Below are positions 29,352 to 38,693 of a stretch of DNA of 64,000 bases, one piece after another. Position 1 is the stretch's first letter. The number at the start of each line of letters is the position of its first letter. Made by a program: the position numbers and the translations under genes. The stretch spans positions 3,040,001 to 3,104,000 of the forward strand of contig OZ244587.1 in the NCBI GenBank assembly GCA_965218095.1, given 5' to 3'. Under the pieces are notes generated by a model. It had not been told where the DNA came from. It was given only the letters and a program-made list of their open reading frames with translations, and did no database searches. Origin of the DNA: Candidatus Poribacteria bacterium (GTDB lineage: Bacteria; Poribacteria; WGA-4E; PCPOR2b).

Positions 29352-32301
29352 AATGATAGATAGAACTCTGAAACTCGTCAAAAAGGGAACCGGCCGCCGA
29401 TATTTTTTCTCTCGGTTGAAAAACCCACTGTGGATACAACCGCTTGTCGAGCGTGGGTATTTTCAATCGCCTCCAAGAATCAGATACTTTGATGACGGTT
29501 ATGTTCAATTTCCTTCTTGGCCCGAGCTTCAATACCTCAAGAATGTATCTCGTGACGTACCCGATGAAGTTATTAATCTGGTATTGGGCCTCCCCAAAGT
29601 TGATAATCCAAGCGTCTATAATGAGATTTTGGAAATTGCACAGCAGCTACACGGAAAACAATCTGCGGCACTAAAGCCGAAAATACTTGAATATATAGGT
29701 ATAGAGCACCAGTTGTGGACACATAGATACGCAGATTTGTTAGCCCATTGGGCGGCGGAGAATCAAACATCGGCTGCACTGGAACTTACAAAAGTACTGG
29801 TTGAATTCGCACCCGATCCTCAATCAAAGGTCAAGGAGAAGTGTCGAAAAGAGCAGCTGACAGACTTTGGTACGTTCTACGAGACATCGCTTGAGCCATC
29901 ACCTCAAATTGGCAGCTCGGGATACAGAGAGATAATGTCCAAAGGAGTCCGTCCCCTTGCTGAAAAGGATCCCTACCAAGTTGCCCTTCTCCTTATTGAT
30001 GCCACAGCGAATATGATTCGCTTGCGAATGCATCAGGAGGAACTTAATCAAGAGATAGATTCTTCTGAAATATGGTATGAACGGCTCGGTGAATCGGGTA
30101 GTAACTACGAACGTCCTGAGAAAATACTTGTTCATACTCTGACCTTTGCCTGCGAGCAGGTTTACGAAAAATCGCCCGATTCAGTTATCGCTTTGGACGA
30201 GGTTCTACGGAACCAACAGTGGGGAGTTTTCAAACGCCTGCGCGAGCATCTATATGCCCAATACCCAAATGAGAAAACCAAACCGTGGGTTCGGGAATTG
30301 ATTCTAGGGCATGAAAGTTATCATCTCCGGGAGCATCGTTACGAATTCCAGCGGATGATACGGAGAGCCTGTGAGTACTTTGGCACCTCATTACTTGCTG
30401 AAGCGGAATGTGTACCAATCTTTGATGCCATCCGTAGCGGGCCATCGAAAGCCAATTATCAAGCGTGGGTAGTAGAGGGACTGGGCGAGGAATTTACCGA
30501 GGAGAGGTTTCAGCAACATCAACGCGCTTTCCATCGGAAGCAGTTCAAGCCTTTTGAATCCGTGCTATTTGGCGAATATGCAACCTACTTCCGAGAGTTG
30601 GAAAATAAAGCCACCGACCCAATCTCTGATGAGGACTATCCGCCAATTAAAACAAGGGGCGGATACGTGTCTAATCGTAGTCCACGCTCACCTGAAACCC
30701 TTGCTAATTTCACGGACGAGAAATTGCTCACCTACATAAACGAATGGGACGAAAAAGAGTCCTTCTCCGAAGGTGACTTGTTTGTGGAGATCGATATCGA
30801 AGGACTCGCCGAGGCATTTCAGACTGTTTTCAAGGAATCAATCATCCCCGATGCCAATAGGCTCCGGTTCTGGATCGAAAATCGCGAAAGGATTGAGCAG
30901 CCTATTTACGTGCGGATGATGATTAACGTAATGCAAGCGGACGTAAAGGGGAAGAACTTTAACAGGCTCAACGAGTGGTTGACATTTAGCAAGTGGGTGC
31001 TTTCACACCCCGACCAAGGGCGCGAGCGCGAGAGTGATTATAGACTAGGCAGACAAGGAGACGAATCCCGAGAAAACCCTGACTGGTACAATTCACGGCG
31101 AGTAGTCGGAGACTTTATCGAAACATGTCTGGAAAAGGATGTGGACGTACCGGTTGCTGCTCGGGAACAACTTGCCAAGCTTCTGGAAATGCTTTGCACG
31201 CAATTCGATCGGCATTTGGATCAAAAGGAGGCAGATCTTTTGATCCAAAACGACCTAATTGATGAAGCCATCAACAATACGCGGGGGCGTGCGTTAGAGG
31301 CGTTGGTCAGATTCGGTTTCTGGTTACGGCGGCATGATTCGGCAGCCGAATTGCCCGAGGTAACAACGATTCTTGAAAAACGCTTTGCCCCGGAAGCTGA
31401 GCGTCCTTTGACGTTGCCGGAGTATGCCATTCTAGGCAGAGACTATCGTTTGATTTTTAGCCTCAATAAGGCATGGGCGGCAGAACACAAATCAGACTTT
31501 TTCCCACAGGACAAGTTGCCTGAATGGCTGGCGGCATTTAGTAGTTTCGTGGCCTATAATCGCCCGTTCGAGCGCACCTTTAAAATCTTTCGGGACGACT
31601 TCGATTTTGCGCTGCAATATCTAACTGACTTCAAAAAGCGAGATGGTTCCGATAAAAAACAGATGGATAGTTTCGGTCGTCCCATGAAGCGAAATAGCCC
31701 CGAGGAGAAACTGACAGAGAGCCTCGGCCAACATCTGTTTACCTACTATTTGTGGGAGATGTACCCGCTCCGAGGAGAAGAAAGCCTGCTTGAGCGATAT
31801 TACCAAGAGACAGCCATTGATCGAGAGCACTGGGCGAATTTATTCGACTATGCCGGCTCTCGCTTACGGAGTAGCGGGAAGCACCTAGATCAAAGCCTGA
31901 AAGACAGAATAATTGCCTTCTTTGATTGGCGTTTTGAAGTTAAAGAGCCGACGGAGCTTCAACAGTTTACTTTCTGGCTGGAAGCCGAGTGCCTGGAGGC
32001 TGAATGGCAATTGGATGCATATTCCAAGATTCTGGATGTCTGCGGGGTGGAAGGTGAGTCAATTCGGTTGGAAGCGTTGTGCGAAATGCTCCCAGACCAT
32101 ACCGCGAAGGTGGTTGAGTGCTTCGCCAAGCTAACCGATGGGATTGGAGATGACAACATCTACATTTATACAGAGGACGCCAAAACCATCCTGAAAGCAG
32201 GGCTTAACAGCAGCGACGAAGGGGTACGTCGGAATGCAGAACGCGCCCGTGAAAACCTGCTCCGTAAGGGCAGATTTGATTTATTGGATTTGGACGATTG
32301 A
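29323..32301 (+). CDS. Large alpha-helical hypothetical protein (candidate defence sensor)
   Basis: 992-aa ORF, AAGGAG RBS, N-terminal YFFSRLKNPLWIQPLVERGYFQSPP...WPELQYL; no NTPase motif seen. Confidence 0.7.
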   Translation: MKSWKKPTNEMIDRTLKLVKKGTGRRYFFSRLKNPLWIQPLVERGYFQSPPRIRYFDDGYVQFPSWPELQYLKNVSRDVPDEVINLVLGLPKVDNPSVYNEILEIAQQLHGKQSAALKPKILEYIGIEHQLWTHRYADLLAHWAAENQTSAALELTKVLVEFAPDPQSKVKEKCRKEQLTDFGTFYETSLEPSPQIGSSGYREIMSKGVRPLAEKDPYQVALLLIDATANMIRLRMHQEELNQEIDSSEIWYERLGESGSNYERPEKILVHTLTFACEQVYEKSPDSVIALDEVLRNQQWGVFKRLREHLYAQYPNEKTKPWVRELILGHESYHLREHRYEFQRMIRRACEYFGTSLLAEAECVPIFDAIRSGPSKANYQAWVVEGLGEEFTEERFQQHQRAFHRKQFKPFESVLFGEYATYFRELENKATDPISDEDYPPIKTRGGYVSNRSPRSPETLANFTDEKLLTYINEWDEKESFSEGDLFVEIDIEGLAEAFQTVFKESIIPDANRLRFWIENRERIEQPIYVRMMINVMQADVKGKNFNRLNEWLTFSKWVLSHPDQGRERESDYRLGRQGDESRENPDWYNSRRVVGDFIETCLEKDVDVPVAAREQLAKLLEMLCTQFDRHLDQKEADLLIQNDLIDEAINNTRGRALEALVRFGFWLRRHDSAAELPEVTTILEKRFAPEAERPLTLPEYAILGRDYRLIFSLNKAWAAEHKSDFFPQDKLPEWLAAFSSFVAYNRPFERTFKIFRDDFDFALQYLTDFKKRDGSDKKQMDSFGRPMKRNSPEEKLTESLGQHLFTYYLWEMYPLRGEESLLERYYQETAIDREHWANLFDYAGSRLRSSGKHLDQSLKDRIIAFFDWRFEVKEPTELQQFTFWLEAECLEAEWQLDAYSKILDVCGVEGESIRLEALCEMLPDHTAKVVECFAKLTDGIGDDNIYIYTEDAKTILKAGLNSSDEGVRRNAERARENLLRKGRFDLLDLDD

Positions 32302-32348
32302 CGATGATGCACAAGGTGTGGGTGAGTATCTGGGCGAGCCGGATAAGG

Positions 32349-32860
32349 AGAAGAAACTACTAGCGGAACTGCTGGATAAGAATCAGTAGGTCGATTTTCC
32401 AAAATCGACATTCTGGTGTCGAGATATGAATCTCGACTATAAAAGCCAGGGATATAGGATTGTGCAGGGCCGTAGCCTTCCAATCACACGGGTGAACCCG
32501 AATTTCGTCCCTGGCAATTGTAGTTATTATAAATGAATGTGAAGGAAATATCAAGTAAATTCCAGGTAAAATGTAACGCAGTAGGGGCAGGTCTTGTGCC
32601 TGCCCTTGACCCTCCCGATTTACCAGAGGTAGTTGCCCGATTTATCAGGCGGTGTAGGGGGGCAGGCTTCTTAGTCCCGATGCTTCATCGTGCCCTTGCC
32701 CCTCCTCGTACCTGCCTTTGACTCCGGTTTTACCGGCGGTGAAAAACCCGTAACGACTTATTACGAAATATAATATCTACTCCATGTCAACCTATCGGAA
32801 ATTGACGACGAAGCTTTTGGTATCAGCCTGGAAGATAAGACGTTAAACAAACAATTCTAT
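32349..32860 (+). pseudogene. Relic copy of the mod 3' end, in two pieces separated by a REP-containing stretch
   Basis: 32349-32387 matches mod 28345-28383 at 36/39 nt; about 32780-32860 encodes LHVNLSEIDDEAFGISLEDKTLNKQFY vs Mod LYVNFSEIDDEDFGVSAEDKALNREFY. Confidence 0.8.
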
Positions 32861-32920
32861 TTGCGTTATGATAACACTTGTGCCTAAAAAAGCTAACCGC
32901 AAAACATCGTGATTTGACAG

Positions 32921-32949
32921 TTGACAAACACGCTCCTATCGTGTATAAT
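32921..32949 (+). promoter_or_regulatory. Consensus sigma70 promoter of the recombinase gene
   Basis: TTGACA-17nt-TATAAT with extended -10 TG; AGGAGG RBS then ATG 32981. Confidence 0.8.
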
Positions 32950-32980
32950 TATGTTTGTCATCAATAGGAGGGATTTTGGC

Positions 32981-33904
32981 ATGAAGGCACCTGTTGCAAA
33001 TGAAAAGACAAAGGGCGTGTTAGGGCCGGTGATCCCTGAAGGTAGTGCTTGGCAAAGCCTATCGCTTAACACGCGCAGAGTCTATCAGCATGCGTACCAG
33101 CAACTCAACGCGTGGCTCATGGGCAGACTGCTTGACGATAGTCTGCTCGCGCTTTACATCGGCGAATTGGACGCCGCGGGAAAATCACCCGCAACCATCA
33201 GCCTAGTCGTATCCGCCGTCAAGTGGTGGGTAAAGACGAAGGGCATCCCCTTTTCTTACGGTCTCACCGACCTAAAACTGAAGACCATCCGCCGGGACAG
33301 TCAAGCCCCTGGTCGTGGGCAGGTGGACGGGCTGACATGGCAGGATGTCGAGCGTGTCTGCGCTTCTGCCGAAGCCGATAAAACCGTCGCTGGGCTGAGG
33401 GATTCGGCACTGATTCGGCTGATGAGCGATTGCCTATTACGAATCAGTGAAGCCGTCGCGGTAGATGTAGAGGATGTCAATAGCGTGTTGACGGTTCGGC
33501 AGTCCAAGACCGCCCCGGGGGCCGGGGACTTCCCCGATGCGACGCTATACATTGGGGCTCCCACGCAGAAGGTGATTCGACGGTATCGGGATGCAGGGGG
33601 TATCACTGATGGTGCACTATTTCGGCGGATACGCTTCCAAAAGCATGTGTGCCCAGGGCGATTATCCGTCAACGGCGCAAGGGACGCGATCAAACGCCGA
33701 GCAAAAGAAGCTGGCATCAAAGGGTTTATCTCCGGTCATTCGTTGCGTGTCGGCTCTGCACTCTCATTGGCACAGGCAGGCGCAGGTATCCCAGAAATGC
33801 AAGAGGTAGGGCGATGGAAAGATGCTTACATGCCCGCCCGATATGCCTCCGCACGGTCAGCGAAACGTAGCGCGGTTGCACGGTTCAAGTACGGTAAGCA
33901 TTGA
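32981..33904 (+). CDS. Tyrosine recombinase, Cre-like
   Basis: LRDSALI...LLRISE (R), SKT (K), GHSLRVG (HxxR), GRW (W), PARY (Y). Confidence 0.9.
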   Translation: MKAPVANEKTKGVLGPVIPEGSAWQSLSLNTRRVYQHAYQQLNAWLMGRLLDDSLLALYIGELDAAGKSPATISLVVSAVKWWVKTKGIPFSYGLTDLKLKTIRRDSQAPGRGQVDGLTWQDVERVCASAEADKTVAGLRDSALIRLMSDCLLRISEAVAVDVEDVNSVLTVRQSKTAPGAGDFPDATLYIGAPTQKVIRRYRDAGGITDGALFRRIRFQKHVCPGRLSVNGARDAIKRRAKEAGIKGFISGHSLRVGSALSLAQAGAGIPEMQEVGRWKDAYMPARYASARSAKRSAVARFKYGKH

Positions 33905-34013
33905 CGCGCTCCAAAACCTACAAACAGCGCAAAATAGCGCAAAAACAATTCTTAAAAACCCGCACGGTGTCAAGGTTCACACTGCCTGACATCTTGCGCT
34001 AAGGAGAAAAAAA

Positions 34014-35102
34014 ATGACAAAGCGCAAACGAAACCCATATCAACTGACAGATGAAGAAAAACTCGCTGTCGTTGATTTATATGCCCAATTTCAGACAACG
34101 TCGCAAGTCGTGGATCAAGTCATGAAATGGAAACCCCACGCCGCCACCGGCGACACAGAGAAAGACCGAAAAAACGTACGCGATGCGATTCGCACCTGCA
34201 ACCCCAAATCGTCTGTCTTTTCGTTTCAGATTGCACTGATGGCAAGACGCGCCGAGTACCTTGCCGAAAAGAAAGGGACCCTCGTCGCTGCCGTTTGCGA
34301 TACCGCACAGGCGTTAGCCGAGGGGCTCTCCGGCATCAAATTCGACTTTTCATCGGTTACGGTGAGCGATCTCCCCCAAATTGTTTCCGCTCTCAAAGAG
34401 ATGTCCGAGTTGATGGAAGGGATGGGAATCACCGTCAAACAAGACATCTCCCAAGCCGTTCGGTTTGGCGAAAAATTAGACCAACGTCCAAAACACAAAA
34501 TCGAAGGAATGCAGTCATCTGCATACTTAGAAACCCGCCGTGAGATGTGGGCAGAATCAGAGGCTTACGAGCTGGGCAAATCTACCCAGATTGAAACCGG
34601 CGCCGGCCGTGACGCAGAATACGTAGGCGCTGATATCTATCCATCAAACTACGTTATCCCCGATGTCCACGTGAAAGACCTCTGGGAGATCTTGGGTTTC
34701 AGCAGTGAAAACGGGAAACTCCCGACGGTCAAGCAGATGAGGGAAGAGCTCGACGATCCTGAATTGTACGAGGAAATCTATGGCGGGGACGCTGGCAGCT
34801 TTGAAGAGCGGCTTGATACCTACAGGAAGCTGCTTTCAGACGGTTGGGATTCTTACACGCCAGAAGGGAAAGATTGGCACGACAATTTTAACCGCAACAT
34901 GATCTGGGAAGGCTTACAAAGGGAGGCAAAAAGGCTGGGGATTGAAACCGCCGGCATTTACGAACGCCACAAGTTGTATGAGAAAATCGATCAAGCCAAG
35001 GGGAAACCTCCCCTGTACCTGCCTTCAGCAGAGGAAAGCCAAAACGCCTCTCCCGACAGTGATGATCCCGGCGACGGCCCACCGCCGTGTGATGGTGATT
35101 GA
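34014..35102 (+). CDS. Hypothetical protein; N-terminus weakly DUF2280/phage HTH-like
   Basis: 362-aa ORF with AAGGAG RBS; LTDEEKLAVVDLYAQFQTTSQVVDQV. Confidence 0.6.
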   Translation: MTKRKRNPYQLTDEEKLAVVDLYAQFQTTSQVVDQVMKWKPHAATGDTEKDRKNVRDAIRTCNPKSSVFSFQIALMARRAEYLAEKKGTLVAAVCDTAQALAEGLSGIKFDFSSVTVSDLPQIVSALKEMSELMEGMGITVKQDISQAVRFGEKLDQRPKHKIEGMQSSAYLETRREMWAESEAYELGKSTQIETGAGRDAEYVGADIYPSNYVIPDVHVKDLWEILGFSSENGKLPTVKQMREELDDPELYEEIYGGDAGSFEERLDTYRKLLSDGWDSYTPEGKDWHDNFNRNMIWEGLQREAKRLGIETAGIYERHKLYEKIDQAKGKPPLYLPSAEESQNASPDSDDPGDGPPPCDGD

Positions 35103-35160
35103 TAGCGCGTTTTTTGATTTGCTGTTGTTATTTTGGTGTCGAAGGGAAAATAACAATTGT

Positions 35161-35238
35161 GGCTCATGTAAAAAGAAAGTGCATGGCGCGAACAGAAACC
35201 GAGTTTTTTCTTCAAAACTCGGTTTCTGTTGCACGATT
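35161..35238. mobile_element. Inverted, right-truncated copy of the 21968 MITE (right island boundary)
   Basis: ggctcatgtaaaaagaaagt...agaaaccgag...ctcggtttctgttgcacgatt matches the reverse complement of 21968-22059. Confidence 0.7.
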
Positions 35239-35274
35239 TCACAATTATTATCCGGGATCAAATCTCCCCTGCTT

Positions 35275-35439
35275 GTAGGGAACACCGATCGGTGTTCCCT
35301 ACGAAACAGAATCAGTGCCTTTGAACCTCCTGTAGTTGCCCGACTCATTGGGAGTTGCCCTTTGCGGCGATGAATCGCCGAACTACAGGTCGAAGACTCT
35401 CAGAACGGAGGCTTTGAGCGTTTAACTGCGTAACTCCTA
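35275..35439. repeat. Partial second copy of the 28494 MITE/REP element
   Basis: Shares cggcgat.aatcgccgaactacaggtcgaagactctc.gaacggaggctttgag...aactgcgtaa.tccta. Confidence 0.7.
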
Positions 35440-35535
35440 ACGTTTCACATTTCACGTTTCACTTACGGTTTTTGACCGGAGAGCGTATCAACAGTTGCAA
35501 ACTAGCACCATTGGTTATTATGAGGAATCGTAACG

Positions 35536-38500
35536 ATGACTTTTCAAGAAATAATCCTCGCTTTAGAAAAATTTTGGTCTAATTACGGCTGCGTCATTCA
35601 GCAACCCTATGATATTGAGGTCGGCGCAGGAACATTCAATCCTGCGACTTTTTTACGCTGCCTTGGACCTGAGCCGTGGCGGGTAGCTTATGTCGAACCC
35701 TCGCGGCGTCCCGCTGATGGTCGGTATGGCGAAAATCCGTTTCGGGTTGGGGCTTACTATCAATATCAGGTGATTCTTAAGCCCGCACCGGCAGATGTGC
35801 TGCCGCTCTACCTTGAAAGTTTACGTCATTTGGGAATTGACCCCCGCCAAAATGACTTCCGTTTCGTTGAGGATGATTGGGAGGCGCCAACGTTAGGGGG
35901 CTCTGGACTCGGCTGGGAGGTCTGGTGGAATGGCGCCGAGGTGACCCAATTCACCTACTTTCAACAGATGGGAAGCATCGAGTTAGATCCGATCTGTGCT
36001 GAATTAACATACGGTCTTGAACGCATCGCGCTATATCTGCAAGCTGCTCTGAGTCCCGATCCAATCGGGGAGGTCGGCAGTTTCTTTGACATCAAATGGA
36101 ATGAACAACTTCTCTATGGTGACGTGCATCACCAGAGCGAAGTGGAGTACTCCAAATACCATTTTGAACACGCGGACGCTGAGACGATGTTCAACCTCTT
36201 TGAAGCCTACGAAAAAGAGGCGTTAGCCTGCTTGGAACCCGGTTTAATACTGCCGGCCGCCGATTATGTCCTGAAGTGTTCGCATACCTTCAACATCCTT
36301 GACGCCCGCGGCGTCATCAGTGTTACAGAGCGCGTGGGCTACATTGAGCGCGTCCGACGACTCGCACAACGGACCGCCCGAGCGTATGTCGCACAGCGTG
36401 AGGAGATGGGGCATCCGTTGTTGAATCGTTGGAACCCCAAGATGGAGGAAGGGAAGGATGGAAAAAAAGTCTTAGACTCTCGGTCAAAGACTGGAGGAAA
36501 GATGGAAGAACAAGCTGCAGTCGAAGCGTCTGCAGACCTGCTGCTAGAGATTGGGACGGAGGAGATTCCCGCAGGCTATATTCCGCCGGCTTTAGCTCAG
36601 CTTCGGGAGATTGCCTCCCAATCGCTTGTAGATGCTCGTCTTTCGTTTGAAGAGGCCCGGACGCTGGCTACCCCGCGACGCTTAACGTTATGGGTCAAGG
36701 GGTTGGCGACCATGCAGCCAGATCGGGGTACTGAGGTCGTTGGTCCACCCAAACGCGTTGCCTACGATGCGGACGGGAATCCCACAAAAGCGGCGATCGG
36801 TTTCGCAAAGACACAAGGTGTTAGCCTGAAAGAGCTAAAAATCGTTGAGACGAAGCGCGGAGAATATGTCGCTGCGGATAAACTCGAAAAAGGGAAATCA
36901 GCCCTCGACTTTCTGAAAACACAGATCCCTGAGTGGATTCAATCCCTAAGTTTCCCCAAAACGATGCGCTGGGATAATCTGAGGTTTGCGCGTCCGATAC
37001 GGTGGCTGGTCGCTTTGCTGGGGGATGCGGTCGTTGATTTCCAACTGGACACTCTGTGTTCGGGGGGGCAGACCTACGGTCATCGCTTGTTGAACCCTGA
37101 ATCGGTTGAACTTCCCTCTGCTTCGCTCGAAGGCTATATTGACAGTTTACGCGCGGTCAATGTGCTTGTCGATCCGGAGACACGGCGAAAAGAGATTGAG
37201 AACCAAGTCACAGACATCCTGAAAGCTGAAGGCTGTTTAACTGTAATCGATCCGGAATTGCTGGATACCGTCAATTTTCTTGTCGAAAATCCCCAAGCAA
37301 TTATGGGTAGTTTTAGCAAATCCCATTTATCTTTGCCGACCGAAGTTTTAATCACCCCCATGAAGACGCAACAACGCTACTTTCCGATGTGGCAGGTCTT
37401 GGATTCTCGGAACGGAGCTGATGGAAAGCTGGCGGCAAAGTTCATAACGATTTCCAACGGGACCGACGGCAACTTTGACGGCGTCCGTCACGGCAACGAG
37501 CGGGTCTTGCATGCCCGGCTCAACGACGCAGCGTTCTTCTACAACGAGGATCAGAAGACTTCGCTCGCGGATAAAGTAGACCGACTGCGCAGTGTTGTTT
37601 TTCAGGTGAAACTCGGTTCACTGCACGACAAGCTCACCCGATTGGAGGGGCTTGCTGCATACATCGCAGAGCAGATTAGCGTTGATGAGAACGTCAAGGA
37701 TCACATTATTCGAGCAGCATCGCTTTGTAAGGTGGATCTGACAACGCAGATGGTTATTGAATTTCCGTCCCTGCAAGGGGTTATTGGGAGATATTACGCC
37801 GAAAATTCCGGCGAACCCGATGCAGTTGCGTTGGCAATTGAGGAACATTATCAACCCATTGCCGCTGACGCGCCTATCCCGCACACCGACGTCGGGACAA
37901 TCGTTGCGCTCGCGGATAAAATTGACACCATCGTTGGGTACTTCGGTATTAATGAACGACCCACAGGCTCCCAAGATCCGTATTCACTCAGACGACACGC
38001 AATCGGAACGATACGCATCCTCCACGAGCGCAACCACCGCCTCCCGCTGACTCCCGTCATCAAGAAGGCAATTGAACTATATCGGGTTGATTTCGTCGAA
38101 GATACAAAATCTGCCGTGCTTGATTTTATCAAAGGGCGAATGGAAGTGCTTCTGCAAGGACAAGGCCACACGCCAGACCTAATTGATGCAGTCCTCGCAA
38201 CGGGTGAGGTTGATGTGATTGATATTTTAGAGCGAGCAGCAGTCCTCAAAACTTTCCGTGCGCAACCGGACTTTGGCCGGGTATATCCGGCGCTAAATCG
38301 GGTTCTGAGAATTTTGCCAGACCCGCCGCCGACGGAAATTCAGCCCGACCTTTTTCAGGACCACACCGAAAAACAGTTGGGGAAAGTTGTGGACGCCGCG
38401 GAAGCGGAGTTAAACCAATGCGTTCAGAAACGTGATTATGACAGCCTTCTAACCCGGCTTGGTGAACTTCAGCCCGCAATCGATCGGTTCTTCAATGATG

Positions 38501-38619
38501 TGATGGTCATGGCGGAAGATACTGCTGTCCGATCCAATCGACTGGCGCTGTTGAACGCTATTGCGCAAAAGGTATACCCGCTTGCCGACCTGACGAAGCT
38601 GGTGATTGCGGGGAATTAA
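35536..38619 (+). CDS. glyQS: Glycine-tRNA ligase, fused alpha/beta subunits
   Basis: Alpha: [40 protein letters not shown]. Beta: [40 protein letters not shown]. Confidence 0.95.
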   Translation: MTFQEIILALEKFWSNYGCVIQQPYDIEVGAGTFNPATFLRCLGPEPWRVAYVEPSRRPADGRYGENPFRVGAYYQYQVILKPAPADVLPLYLESLRHLGIDPRQNDFRFVEDDWEAPTLGGSGLGWEVWWNGAEVTQFTYFQQMGSIELDPICAELTYGLERIALYLQAALSPDPIGEVGSFFDIKWNEQLLYGDVHHQSEVEYSKYHFEHADAETMFNLFEAYEKEALACLEPGLILPAADYVLKCSHTFNILDARGVISVTERVGYIERVRRLAQRTARAYVAQREEMGHPLLNRWNPKMEEGKDGKKVLDSRSKTGGKMEEQAAVEASADLLLEIGTEEIPAGYIPPALAQLREIASQSLVDARLSFEEARTLATPRRLTLWVKGLATMQPDRGTEVVGPPKRVAYDADGNPTKAAIGFAKTQGVSLKELKIVETKRGEYVAADKLEKGKSALDFLKTQIPEWIQSLSFPKTMRWDNLRFARPIRWLVALLGDAVVDFQLDTLCSGGQTYGHRLLNPESVELPSASLEGYIDSLRAVNVLVDPETRRKEIENQVTDILKAEGCLTVIDPELLDTVNFLVENPQAIMGSFSKSHLSLPTEVLITPMKTQQRYFPMWQVLDSRNGADGKLAAKFITISNGTDGNFDGVRHGNERVLHARLNDAAFFYNEDQKTSLADKVDRLRSVVFQVKLGSLHDKLTRLEGLAAYIAEQISVDENVKDHIIRAASLCKVDLTTQMVIEFPSLQGVIGRYYAENSGEPDAVALAIEEHYQPIAADAPIPHTDVGTIVALADKIDTIVGYFGINERPTGSQDPYSLRRHAIGTIRILHERNHRLPLTPVIKKAIELYRVDFVEDTKSAVLDFIKGRMEVLLQGQGHTPDLIDAVLATGEVDVIDILERAAVLKTFRAQPDFGRVYPALNRVLRILPDPPPTEIQPDLFQDHTEKQLGKVVDAAEAELNQCVQKRDYDSLLTRLGELQPAIDRFFNDVMVMAEDTAVRSNRLALLNAIAQKVYPLADLTKLVIAGN

Positions 38620-38693
38620 ATAGCCAATGGGCTAGAATTTACGCTTTATGCCTTACCTTTTACGCATCACACATTAAAAAAGGAGATAAAAAA

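Noticed and set aside
32302-35535. Prophage
   Set aside because: Only a recombinase and one unknown gene; no structural, replication or lysis genes and no att duplication found.
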